Shown: in pieces, positions 50,446 through 59,901 of the stretch
Layout of the letters: each line of letters opens with the position of its first letter
Position numbering within the stretch: the stretch's first letter is position 1
Source: an uncultured bacterium
GTDB taxonomy: Bacteria; Armatimonadota; Abditibacteriia; Abditibacteriales; Abditibacteriaceae
Length of the DNA: 64,000 nt
NCBI GenBank assembly: GCA_963843795.1
Contig: CAWJLW010000006.1
Span: 2,170,001-2,234,000 of the forward strand
Reading direction: 5' to 3'
The notes under the pieces: model-generated
Databases searched by the model: none
Seen by the model: the letters and a program-made list of their open reading frames with translations, nothing else
What the model was told of the DNA's origin: nothing
Translations under genes and position numbers: made by a program

Positions 50446-51513
50446 ATGACTCAAACTCAAAGTTCTAACGATGTTTTCTGGCCTCTGCTCGACCGGCGCG
50501 TGCGTGCTGTCGTTATCGGCTACGGGCGCTGGGGACGTTTGTGCCACGCCACACTAATCGAACTCGCGCCTCAGATGGAACTTTATGGAATTATGTCGGG
50601 CGATGCGCAAAAGCGCGCGCAAATTGAGCACGACCACAAATGTCGCGCTTATGAAAATTTCGAGCAAGTGATCGCCGACCCACAAGTCGATCTGGTCATT
50701 TTGGCCACGCCCAGCGACACGCACAAACCGCTCAGCATCGCGGCTTTAAACGCAGGCAAACACGTCGTGACTGACAAAGTGATGACGCTTTCTTTGGAAG
50801 ATTGCGACCAGATGATTCAGGCCGCGCGCGATAACCAACGTTTGTTAAGCGTGTTTCAAAACCGCCGTCGCGATGGCGATTTTCTCACGCTGCAAAAGTC
50901 GATTGCCGATGGTGATTTGGGAATGGTGAATTGGGTCGAGATGGCGTGGCAGCGTTGGGGCAGCTGGGGCAGCTGGCGCGGAAAAGTCGAGCGCGGTGGC
51001 GGCAAGTTTTATGATTTAGGCGCGCATTTGGTCGATCAACTGCAACTCTTGTTTCCGCAGCCGGTGGAAAGCGTGTATTGCCGCCAGCACCACGATTTCG
51101 AGGGTCAAGACATCGACAGCGAATCGCTTTTTGTGGTCACTTTTGAAGGCGGCTGTACTGGCGTTCTCGACGTTTCGAGCCGCGACGGTTTCACCAAACC
51201 GCGCTTCCGCGTGCATGGCGAAAAGGCCACGTGGATGAAATTTGGCCTCGACCCTCAAGAAGACGCCTTGATGGCGGGCGACATCAACAGCGCGCAAGAG
51301 AACCCAGAATTGTACGCGCACATCAAAGGCCCAGAAATCGACAAGCGCATTCCGACCATCGCGGGCCGCTGGCGCGATTACTATGAGAACATCGCCGATG
51401 CGCTGCAAAACGGCGCCACGCCGATTGTTACTGTCGATTCCGCGCGCCGCACCATGATGATTATCGACGCCGCCTTGCAATCGGCACGCAGCGGCGAAGT
51501 CGTGAAATTCTGA
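50446..51513 (+). CDS. Gfo/Idh/MocA family oxidoreductase (IolW/YdgJ-like)
   Basis: VIGYG, KHVVTDK, FQNRRRDGDF, DLGAHLVDQ, DPQE. Confidence 0.9.
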   Translation: MTQTQSSNDVFWPLLDRRVRAVVIGYGRWGRLCHATLIELAPQMELYGIMSGDAQKRAQIEHDHKCRAYENFEQVIADPQVDLVILATPSDTHKPLSIAALNAGKHVVTDKVMTLSLEDCDQMIQAARDNQRLLSVFQNRRRDGDFLTLQKSIADGDLGMVNWVEMAWQRWGSWGSWRGKVERGGGKFYDLGAHLVDQLQLLFPQPVESVYCRQHHDFEGQDIDSESLFVVTFEGGCTGVLDVSSRDGFTKPRFRVHGEKATWMKFGLDPQEDALMAGDINSAQENPELYAHIKGPEIDKRIPTIAGRWRDYYENIADALQNGATPIVTVDSARRTMMIIDAALQSARSGEVVKF

Positions 51514-51536
51514 ATTTTTGTACTGCGAACACAACT

Positions 51537-51572
51537 TAAAAGCGCTTTGCAAGTACTTGCAAAGCGCTTTTA
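51537..51572. terminator. 36-bp perfect palindrome after a stop codon
   Basis: TAAAAGCGCTTTGCAAGTACTTGCAAAGCGCTTTTA. Confidence 0.75.
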
Positions 51573-51633
51573 GGTTTCTATACCCGCAAGCACGATTGCA
51601 ACGAAAAACTGGTAACGCAGTCGAAGCTTGGCT

Positions 51634-54600
51634 ATGAAAAGTCCGTATGTTGGTCTTGCTATCGGCATCACTTTAACCGCAAGCGCATTGGCGCAAGCGA
51701 TGCCATTTGCACTGCAAAAGTCCGATTCAAAGAGCGCTGCGTTGACTGAGCCATATGAAGCAACGCGCCACCGCCCACCGCCGTTTGGTGCGATTTCGTA
51801 TTACAATCAGCCGTGGCGCGGTTACATGGATACATGGCCCGCGGCCAAATTTCTGGGCGCGCTGGGTTCGCAATACAACGGACTGGATGCGAAAGTGGCC
51901 GCGCCTTTGTTTCAACTGATGGACGAAAGCGGCATCCGCAATTTGCGCGTGGAGATTGGTTGGAATAATTTAAATTGGAACGATGAAGTTGCACCCGACC
52001 GCAAAGAATATTTCACGCAAATCCTGCAACTGGCCAAAGCTCATCACATTCGACCGCTCATTCTGCTCAACGCCAATCACGGTGCGCCCGGCCCCATGCG
52101 CGAAGTGCGCGCTCAATTACGCTCCGATGCGCACAAAGGCGACCGTGCTCTTCAACTCGAACCCAACGCCGCGATTCGTCCCGGTTACACCGGACTGGGA
52201 CGTTTGCAAGACAACATCGCGGCTTTTCCTCTCATCACGAGTGTGCAAAACGATGGCACAGCGCAGCTTTCCGCACCTTTACCCAGCGATCTCAAAGCCG
52301 GACCAATTTCGCTGCTCGATTTGAAATATCAACCGTTTCAAGATGTGCAACTCAAAGATGGCACGCCAGTTCCCGCTTCAGCCGAAACATTTGAAGGTTG
52401 GCAGAAATACGCAGCGAATGTCGGCGCTTTTGTGCGCTCGATTGTGGGCACGCCCAAAGACGCGGGTTTCGATATTGAAGTGTGGAACGAGCAAACGTTT
52501 GGCTCCAATTTTCTCGACATCAACAACTATTACGAGCCAAAACGCGAATATGGACAGAAGTTCATCTATCGAAAAACCCGCGCGCGTACTGCGCAGATGA
52601 AGCCGGATGCCAAATTGGAGTTCGAGCAGCCGGGGTTTCAGCCCGACGCGGGCGGCAAAAGCGTGTATGCGATTTTGCCGATGACAATCGATTATTTCAG
52701 CGACGCCAGCCACCGTTTTCCCGGCGTTAAAGTAGTGAGCGGCTTTTCCAATCAGTGGCCGTGGGACGCTGGTTCGCTGCTGTGGCCGGGTCAGGCTGGC
52801 TTTTCGCGCCATTATTACAGCGGTGATTACGGTGATATCGGCCCAAACCATCCCGCCAACAGCGGCGATGCTATCGACGCAATGGGGCAGCGCGAAACGT
52901 CGCCTTTCGTGCCAACTTTTCATCTCGGATTTCCCGAATATTTTCAAAGCGGCTTCAAAACCGAAACCGCCGCGCGCGATTTGTTCCCGTCTTCACAAAA
53001 TATTGGCATCGGAGACACCGCGCACGGACGATTTACAGGTACGGGCGATTGGAAGCGCGCCGAATGGTGGGAAACCGAAACTGAATGGAATCGCGAGCAT
53101 TTTCTGCAAAACGTGCAGCGTGCAAGCGGTGTCTCTGAAAACGACCCGCGACTGCTGGCTTTGGTCAGGCACACGATTTCCAAAATGATGTTGCGTCAGG
53201 CATTGTTCAACCTTCACAAAGGTTTTGACCGCATTTATCTTTACAGCTTACAGTCCGAAACGTTGAATTACGGCCTGCTCACTCCCGATTTTTATCAAGC
53301 GCTCGAAGCCGATAATTATCAACTCACGCCCAGAGTGCTCGAGCTATTGCCTCAAGGCTGGAACAGTTGGAAATGGTTCACGCAGCTGATGGAAAGCGGT
53401 GAAAAAATCGATGCGCCGCGCGCATTGAACATAGCAGAATTAATCGAACATCAACCACGATTGGTTTTTGCGGGCGATGGCACGCCCGCGCATCCCGATG
53501 TTTACAATCGAGATTGGTTCGCGATGCTACCGATTCAACTTGGAGCCAATCGCTTCGCCATTCCCTATTATGTGGTTTCGCCTGACGCGATGCATGATTG
53601 GAACCCACAGAAAAATCCGCTCGATCCAACGCGCTACGACTTACCCGATCAGGATTTCGAGATCGTAATCGGAAACATTGCAGGTGCTGGTGCGAAAGTA
53701 TCGGTTTACGATCCGCTCACCAGCAAAACCATACCCGTCAAAGTACTTGGAGCGAACCAAAGCCGTGTGCGCGTCCAACTCAAAACCACCGATTATCCGC
53801 GCATTTTGCTTATCGACGAAGCTCAAGCCGGCCCACAAATCATCGCGCCGCACCTGGCGCTCAATGGAGACAATACGGCAACGCTCAGTTGGAAAACTAA
53901 TGTCCCTCTGAAATCGGCGCGCATTTTTTTTGGTAACGAGAGCAGCCATCGCGAAATACATGAAAGAGAAATAAAAGTCCAACCTAATCAGCGCGACTTC
54001 AAAGTCGAAATTCCGGCTGCTGGCGCCTCTCTGCTCGCCACGCGCATACGCGTGGCGGCGAACCACCTCGTTAATACTTGGCCACGCTGGAACGAAGATC
54101 CGCAAGGCCAAATCGTGCTACCAAACGCCATCGCGAAAGCTAAACTCCCATCTTCGTCCGAAAAACCCACGCTAATTGATGCACCCAAAACCCCACTCAA
54201 TGCCTTGACTTCACCCGCAGACATTGCACTTCCCGTAACTGAAGCCAACGTAGTGCGCGGTTACAGTTTGCGCGTGCCACGAGACGCGCAATTGTCGGGT
54301 CCAGAGGATGATCGTGAAATGACTCTGGGCAATGGGGCGAATACCGTAACTTTGAGAGCGCGCTGGATGGAAAACGGCGCGAAAAACCCAGCCAGATATT
54401 TGCCCGTGACCGCAGTCGGCGACACTAACCAAACGTCCCGTGTCATTCTGCCTTCGCGCTTGGAAGCAAATCTTTCGGAGTATCGACTGGCAGCCACCTC
54501 ACATCCCGACATCAAAGATTTAACCCGCAAGTACTTGCAAGTAGTAAATGGTCCCAACCACGCCGATTTGCTGGTTTTATCCGCCACCGGCACAGCTCAA

Positions 54601-54672
54601 GCGATGGCGCGATGGGAGCCGACAATTATGGCAATATTTGCCAGCTTACAGCAAACGAAACCAGCGCTTTGA
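51634..54672 (+). CDS. Large exported protein, possible clan GH-A glycoside hydrolase with extra C-terminal domains
   Basis: Signal peptide; LRVEIGW, IEVWNE, SRHYY and WWETE are spaced like a (beta/alpha)8 GH-A fold. Confidence 0.55.
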   Translation: MKSPYVGLAIGITLTASALAQAMPFALQKSDSKSAALTEPYEATRHRPPPFGAISYYNQPWRGYMDTWPAAKFLGALGSQYNGLDAKVAAPLFQLMDESGIRNLRVEIGWNNLNWNDEVAPDRKEYFTQILQLAKAHHIRPLILLNANHGAPGPMREVRAQLRSDAHKGDRALQLEPNAAIRPGYTGLGRLQDNIAAFPLITSVQNDGTAQLSAPLPSDLKAGPISLLDLKYQPFQDVQLKDGTPVPASAETFEGWQKYAANVGAFVRSIVGTPKDAGFDIEVWNEQTFGSNFLDINNYYEPKREYGQKFIYRKTRARTAQMKPDAKLEFEQPGFQPDAGGKSVYAILPMTIDYFSDASHRFPGVKVVSGFSNQWPWDAGSLLWPGQAGFSRHYYSGDYGDIGPNHPANSGDAIDAMGQRETSPFVPTFHLGFPEYFQSGFKTETAARDLFPSSQNIGIGDTAHGRFTGTGDWKRAEWWETETEWNREHFLQNVQRASGVSENDPRLLALVRHTISKMMLRQALFNLHKGFDRIYLYSLQSETLNYGLLTPDFYQALEADNYQLTPRVLELLPQGWNSWKWFTQLMESGEKIDAPRALNIAELIEHQPRLVFAGDGTPAHPDVYNRDWFAMLPIQLGANRFAIPYYVVSPDAMHDWNPQKNPLDPTRYDLPDQDFEIVIGNIAGAGAKVSVYDPLTSKTIPVKVLGANQSRVRVQLKTTDYPRILLIDEAQAGPQIIAPHLALNGDNTATLSWKTNVPLKSARIFFGNESSHREIHEREIKVQPNQRDFKVEIPAAGASLLATRIRVAANHLVNTWPRWNEDPQGQIVLPNAIAKAKLPSSSEKPTLIDAPKTPLNALTSPADIALPVTEANVVRGYSLRVPRDAQLSGPEDDREMTLGNGANTVTLRARWMENGAKNPARYLPVTAVGDTNQTSRVILPSRLEANLSEYRLAATSHPDIKDLTRKYLQVVNGPNHADLLVLSATGTAQAMARWEPTIMAIFASLQQTKPAL

Positions 54673-54691
54673 GCGCGCGATTTCAAAGCGA

Positions 54692-54725
54692 AAAAGCGCG
54701 CTGCAAGTACTTGCAGCGCGCTTTT
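54692..54725. terminator. 34-bp perfect palindrome; bidirectional terminator between convergent genes
   Basis: AAAAGCGCGCTGCAAGTACTTGCAGCGCGCTTTT. Confidence 0.85.
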
Positions 54726-54738
54726 CTTCTTTCGGTTC

Positions 54739-55752
54739 TTACTTTTTATGGCGCGGCAGTGCAGCAGTGTGCGTGCGCCACGCGGCGACGAGTTCGTCCT
54801 CATATTTGTCGCTGTCGCTATCGCTGGATTTTACGCGATCATTTTCTTCCAGCCATTGCAGGGTGCGCCGCACGCCTTCGCGGAAGTCAATGGTCTGGCC
54901 AGTGTAATTGGTATCACGCTTAATTTTCGAGTTATCAAAAATCGAAGGCCAACTTAAAATTTCAGCAGAACTGCCCGACAAACCGGGCGCGACTTCCTGC
55001 AGCGTTTCGGTTGGAATGTGAACTGCTTCTAGCGTGCCGCCCGCAACTTCTGCGACCTGTTCGTGATAAGTGTTCCACGTCATCCATTCATCGCCGGTAA
55101 TGTTATACGCTTCGCCGATACACTTTTCGTTTTGCATCACTCCGATAAAGCCACGCGCCACATCATCGACGTGGCAACTCGCCCACAAATTGGTGCCATC
55201 GCCGGGGATGATGATCGGCTTGCCGGTGCGCAAGCGGTCAACGAAAGTCGCGTTTGAACCGAAGCAGCGAATGATGTCGCCGCCTTCGCCATACGAGTGC
55301 GACGGACGCATAATCGTGACCGGAAATTCGTCGTTGCTATACGCATCCCACAGCAATTCTTCGCAGCGAATTTTATTCTTGCCGTAACCGCCAATCGAAT
55401 GATAGGGTTCGGTTTCAGTCGTCGGCAATTGCTCGACCGGTCCAGAATAAACACATACCGTCGAACAATGAATGAATTGCTTGGTACGGCCTTTAAACGC
55501 GCGAATCGCCGATTGCGTGTCTTCGGGCGTAAACGCCACCATATCGACTACTACATCGTAATTTTCATCAGCGAACTGCTTTTCAAAGGTTTCGGTGTCT
55601 TTGCGGTCGCCTTCGATAATTTTGCAATCGCCCGTCACACGATTTTTGGTTTTGCCACGATTGTATAAAACGACTTCGTGACCTTGCTCGCACAATTGTG
55701 TGGCAATAGAAGTTGAAATTAAACCGGTTCCGCCGACAAACAAAACTTTCAT
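54739..55752 (-). CDS. NAD-dependent epimerase/dehydratase (extended SDR)
   Basis: VGGTGLIS, YGKNK, RPSHSYG, HVDDVA. Confidence 0.88.
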   Translation of the reverse strand: MKVLFVGGTGLISTSIATQLCEQGHEVVLYNRGKTKNRVTGDCKIIEGDRKDTETFEKQFADENYDVVVDMVAFTPEDTQSAIRAFKGRTKQFIHCSTVCVYSGPVEQLPTTETEPYHSIGGYGKNKIRCEELLWDAYSNDEFPVTIMRPSHSYGEGGDIIRCFGSNATFVDRLRTGKPIIIPGDGTNLWASCHVDDVARGFIGVMQNEKCIGEAYNITGDEWMTWNTYHEQVAEVAGGTLEAVHIPTETLQEVAPGLSGSSAEILSWPSIFDNSKIKRDTNYTGQTIDFREGVRRTLQWLEENDRVKSSDSDSDKYEDELVAAWRTHTAALPRHKK

Positions 55753-55859
55753 TTTCATTCCTTTCAAATCAAACGCTTAAATCAAACGCCCTGCAAGTAC
55801 TTGCACAAGTACTTGCAGGGCGAAAACTTTTGAATTTCTTCTCTGCGATGGAAGTTCAA

Positions 55860-56843
55860 CTACACAAACCGACGCACTTTCACCGGCTGACCCGATTCCA
55901 TCGATTCGTTGGCCGCGAGTGTGATTGCCAGCGTTTGCGCACCGGAGATATACGGACTCATCACGCCTTCCATACTGTTGGTTTGAATTGCTTTGACAAA
56001 AGCGCGGTCGCCGTTGCCCAATTGTTCGGCCCAGGTTTGGTCACCCTCGAACTCGACTTCGCCGTTTTCATCTTGCAACTTTGCGCCATCGGCACCAACC
56101 TCAGCTGCCCAGTTGCGACCTTTCACAGTTAAACCAACTTTACCTTTGCCATGCTTCTCGGCAATGCAACCGCTCGTGACCTGTCCGATTGCGCCCGAAT
56201 CGAACATCATCGTCACAATCGAAGTGTCATGAATATCGTAGTTTTCGATATCGGTCATTGCGCCGGTCGCGCCCGCACCGAAAACAGTGTGCACTTCGCC
56301 CGCCAGATAACGTGCCAGGTCAACCGCGTGCGTGCTTTGCTCGACCAGTTGACCGCCCGACAATTTCATCTGGCGCCACCACGGGCCGCCCACAAAACCG
56401 CCATACCAATACGCCTCGACAATGCTAATTTTGTGGTCTTCCAACCATTTCTTGCTTTTTTGCACCGGCGTCGTATAGCGCCAGTGATAGCCGACGCTGT
56501 TAATTAAATTGTTCTTTTCAATGGCTTCAATCACTCGCGCGCACGCATCTAACTCCAAATGCACCGGCTTTTCCGCATAAAATGGCAGTTTGGCATTGGC
56601 TAAATCCAATTCAATGGTGCCGTGACCGGCGGGAATAACACAAACGTAACAGCCATCGAGCGATTCGTTTTTCAGCATTTCGTGATAATCGGTGTAAGGC
56701 GTTGCGCTGTATTTTTCGCCGACTTCGCGCGCGCGATCTTCCATGATGTCGCAGACGGCGCTAATTTCCACACCTTCCATTTCCGATAAATTCTTCAAAT
56801 GCGGCTGCGCGACGCCTCCAACTCCAATAAATCCAATCTTCAT
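55860..56843 (-). CDS. Gfo/Idh/MocA family oxidoreductase
   Basis: IGFIGVG, AEKPV, GYHWRY, SGGQLVEQSTH; GGAGG RBS. Confidence 0.9.
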   Translation of the reverse strand: MKIGFIGVGGVAQPHLKNLSEMEGVEISAVCDIMEDRAREVGEKYSATPYTDYHEMLKNESLDGCYVCVIPAGHGTIELDLANAKLPFYAEKPVHLELDACARVIEAIEKNNLINSVGYHWRYTTPVQKSKKWLEDHKISIVEAYWYGGFVGGPWWRQMKLSGGQLVEQSTHAVDLARYLAGEVHTVFGAGATGAMTDIENYDIHDTSIVTMMFDSGAIGQVTSGCIAEKHGKGKVGLTVKGRNWAAEVGADGAKLQDENGEVEFEGDQTWAEQLGNGDRAFVKAIQTNSMEGVMSPYISGAQTLAITLAANESMESGQPVKVRRFV

Positions 56844-57107
56844 TTGGCCTCCATGCCAAGATTTTTGTGGCTTGCCACTATTCTAACCCGTCTAAAACCG
56901 CTCGCAAATACCTTTTAGCATTTCGGTCACCAAAAGCTCTTGCAAGTACTTGCATAGCATTTCACATCACGAATTATTCATGATGCGAAATCTTGAATTA
57001 TCAGCATGGATTGAATTTGTGGCGTATCAATCGGAGCGATTTCCGTTCCGTTGGTTTCGGTTTCGGCTGGCAAGTACTGGCATTAAATTAATGTCATACT
57101 CAAAGCC

Positions 57108-57773
57108 ATGAGGACCTTTGCTATCGGTGATATTCACGGCTGTGCGACGGCGCTTGATTTGATTTTACTGGAGATTGAATTACAGCCGACAGATGTTTTG
57201 GTCACGCTGGGCGATTATGTCGATAGAGGCCCAGATTCCAAAGGTGTCATCAATCGTTTATTGGGGCTGCAAAATCGGGTTCAACTCATCGCACTGCGCG
57301 GCAATCACGAAATAATGATGCTACAAGCACGCGATAATCCCGCAGCCGAAGAAACGTGGCGTTTCTATGGTGGCGATACCACGATAAGTTCTTATGGCTC
57401 CGATGCTTTGGCCGATATACCAGATGAACATTGGGATTTCATCGAAAACCAGTGCGTGAGGTATTGGGAAAACGATACGCATTTCTTCGTTCATGCCAAT
57501 GCCTATCCCAAGCTACCGTTATTCCAACAGCCCAATGACCGGCTTTTCTGGCGAAAATTTGATTATCCCGAACCGCACATTTCCGGAAAAATCATGATTT
57601 GCGGCCACACCAGCCAGCAAAGCGGCTTGCCGGTTCATATCGGCCACGCGATTTGTCTGGATACGTGGGCTTACGGCGACGGCTGGCTTTCGTGTTTGAA
57701 CTTGCAAAGCGGTCAACTGTGGCAAGCCAATCAAGCCGGAGAGCAACGACAGATGTGGCTGAATGAGCTTTGA
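57108..57773 (+). CDS. Ser/Thr protein phosphatase (PPP-family metallophosphoesterase)
   Basis: GDIHG, GDYVDRG, RGNHE, FVHA, CGHT, LDT. Confidence 0.92.
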   Translation: MRTFAIGDIHGCATALDLILLEIELQPTDVLVTLGDYVDRGPDSKGVINRLLGLQNRVQLIALRGNHEIMMLQARDNPAAEETWRFYGGDTTISSYGSDALADIPDEHWDFIENQCVRYWENDTHFFVHANAYPKLPLFQQPNDRLFWRKFDYPEPHISGKIMICGHTSQQSGLPVHIGHAICLDTWAYGDGWLSCLNLQSGQLWQANQAGEQRQMWLNEL

Positions 57774-57780
57774 GTTGCGC

Positions 57781-59235
57781 TCACGGTTTCGATTGGGCCA
57801 ACTGCTTTTTGTTCGCGTAGGTTTGCTGGCCATTAATGTCGCTGGCGACCAGTTCAAATTCGTCGCCGCCCGCGCGCTGCACAAATTCGCTGCGATTGAA
57901 AGTGACACGCTTGGGTGCGGAATCGGGATAAAAAATGGTGTCGCGCGATTGGTCGGCGCGATTGATGCCAATAAAGCGCACGCCCGCATTTGATGTGACG
58001 ATGATTTTTCCCCGCTCATCTATTGTAATTGCCGGATCTGTAATTGTCGGCTCGGCGCGGTTGGCTTGCGGGCGCGCATCCACTTCAAACCATCGATTGT
58101 AAGCCAGGCGCGCGGCGCTGGTGCGCTCAAAGCGCGCGATTTCGTCGTCGTGAAAGTCAATAATTTCAGTTTTGCCCTGACGCGGAGGTTCGCGCAGCGT
58201 AAAAACGCGATTGAATCCGTCGAAGCCACGCGACATGATAGAGAAATTATCGGGCGAGTGCGGCAAGCCGAACGTGTGTCCCATTTCGTGCAAAGTCGCA
58301 CCGATTGTTGTCGCGGCCAAACCCCAGATGCGGCTGCGAAATGCGCTATCATCCAAAACGAGCGCTGGGTCGACTAGCGTGGCATCGGAAAAAACGCTCT
58401 GCACTTCTTGCAAATCGCTTGGCCACGAAAACAAGTTCAAACTGCCGAACAAGCCCAAACCGCCACCGCCCAGTGCGGTGTGCGCGTAATCGGTGCGCGT
58501 GGCGCGATCGTAATCGGAAAAACCCATAATCACGATGTTTTTGGCCTGTTTGGTCGGATACAGCGGTTCGATAAAATTGTTGACTTCGTCATACAATTGA
58601 TAGCCGCCGCTATCGGTTTTCGACTTGCGAAAGGTGCGGTAATAAGCTTTGGGATGCGGCGTTTTCACGGTGTGAATTACGACTTCGCCCTGCGGGTCAA
58701 GCTCTAAACGAAAAGTTTTGCGACCGAAACCATGCGCATTCAGGGTTTCCGCCGTCATGGTTTGCATCAGCTTGGTCGCGGTCGATAAGCGCGCGCGGTA
58801 GTTCTGCGGATCGTTGTCGCGCTGTGTGCTGTAATTGGTGTTGCCGCTGCTGTCGGTCAGGTAAATCACGCGCACGACATACGGCGTCGTCATCGGCTGA
58901 TAATTCAAAGCTAGCGTGGTTTTCGATTGGCCATCCGACAATTCGATTTGGTTTTTGCCGGCCACTAACTGCGTCAAAGCTTTGAAGCGCCCACCGTAAA
59001 CTTCGGTTGTAAAGCGGCGCGAAGCCAGTTGCGAAGAATAATTATTCAAAATCAACTGCGTTTTGTCGGGCGCCTCGGTGCGACCTTCGATGAGCGCGAC
59101 TGGATAACGCAGCGTGGTATTCGGTTCCAAGTTGCTCACCGTTATTGCGGCGTGCGCAGTTCCGATTCCATTCCAAATTCCAACAGCACAAACAAACTTC
59201 GCCAGCCAGCGCACATGTTTTTTCATATTTCCCAT
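57781..59235 (-). CDS. Exported zinc metallopeptidase (metzincin-like)
   Basis: HTALGGG, LHEMGHTFGLPH, Met-turn IMSRGF. Confidence 0.82.
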   Translation of the reverse strand: MGNMKKHVRWLAKFVCAVGIWNGIGTAHAAITVSNLEPNTTLRYPVALIEGRTEAPDKTQLILNNYSSQLASRRFTTEVYGGRFKALTQLVAGKNQIELSDGQSKTTLALNYQPMTTPYVVRVIYLTDSSGNTNYSTQRDNDPQNYRARLSTATKLMQTMTAETLNAHGFGRKTFRLELDPQGEVVIHTVKTPHPKAYYRTFRKSKTDSGGYQLYDEVNNFIEPLYPTKQAKNIVIMGFSDYDRATRTDYAHTALGGGGLGLFGSLNLFSWPSDLQEVQSVFSDATLVDPALVLDDSAFRSRIWGLAATTIGATLHEMGHTFGLPHSPDNFSIMSRGFDGFNRVFTLREPPRQGKTEIIDFHDDEIARFERTSAARLAYNRWFEVDARPQANRAEPTITDPAITIDERGKIIVTSNAGVRFIGINRADQSRDTIFYPDSAPKRVTFNRSEFVQRAGGDEFELVASDINGQQTYANKKQLAQSKP

Positions 59236-59319
59236 CTAATTTCCCCTATCCTCAAAGAAAATCGCCCTGCAAGTACTTGCGTAAGTGCTTGCAGGGCGAA
59301 AGTTTGCATCACTGATGTT

Positions 59320-59841
59320 TCAGGGATAATTCTTGGCGTCGTTGCCATAACGCCAAAAGCGTTCATGACCGATTTGCGTCATCGGGCGGCCATTGGTTTC
59401 ATCGGCGCGCACGCCGACAAAGCCCAGCGATTGTTTACGCGTCGGACGCACGCGGCGCACGACTTCGCGCCCACCTTTGATTTCCTTCGGCGTGCCGCAC
59501 GAGCCGGTCGCTTTTTGCAACGTGCCACCGATGTGATAGGTTTCGCGTTCGATGCTGAGAATCAGGTGGTCTTTTTCAACGCGCCAGCGCCCATTCCAAC
59601 CGCGCAAGCGCGACTGACAATCCATCTGGCTGGCGTGGAAATGGACGCGGCCATTGGTGTAGAAACGATAGGTTTGCGCCCAGCCCGCCCCCATCGCGGG
59701 CGCAGCTTGCCACACACCAACCAAAGCCGCGCTATTGGCTTTTCTGGCTGGCTTGCGCTTCACGGTTTTAGCACTGGCCGCGTGCATCGCGACCACAGCC
59801 AACGCGCTCAATGTCAGACCTGTTAGGAAATTCCATCGCAT
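59320..59841 (-). CDS. Exported hypothetical protein
   Basis: GGAGG RBS before ATG 59841; signal peptide; LVGVW...YRFYTNG...GRWRV beta-rich pattern. Confidence 0.65.
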   Translation of the reverse strand: MRWNFLTGLTLSALAVVAMHAASAKTVKRKPARKANSAALVGVWQAAPAMGAGWAQTYRFYTNGRVHFHASQMDCQSRLRGWNGRWRVEKDHLILSIERETYHIGGTLQKATGSCGTPKEIKGGREVVRRVRPTRKQSLGFVGVRADETNGRPMTQIGHERFWRYGNDAKNYP

Positions 59842-59901
59842 TTTCGCACCTCCACTGTCACCAACTTTGTATCGCACTTACATCACACAGTTTACTACCA
59901 A

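Noticed and set aside
59029..59826. 265-aa plus-strand ORF as a real gene
   Set aside because: Overlaps two minus-strand genes that have signal peptides and, in one case, a clear RBS; no motifs of its own.
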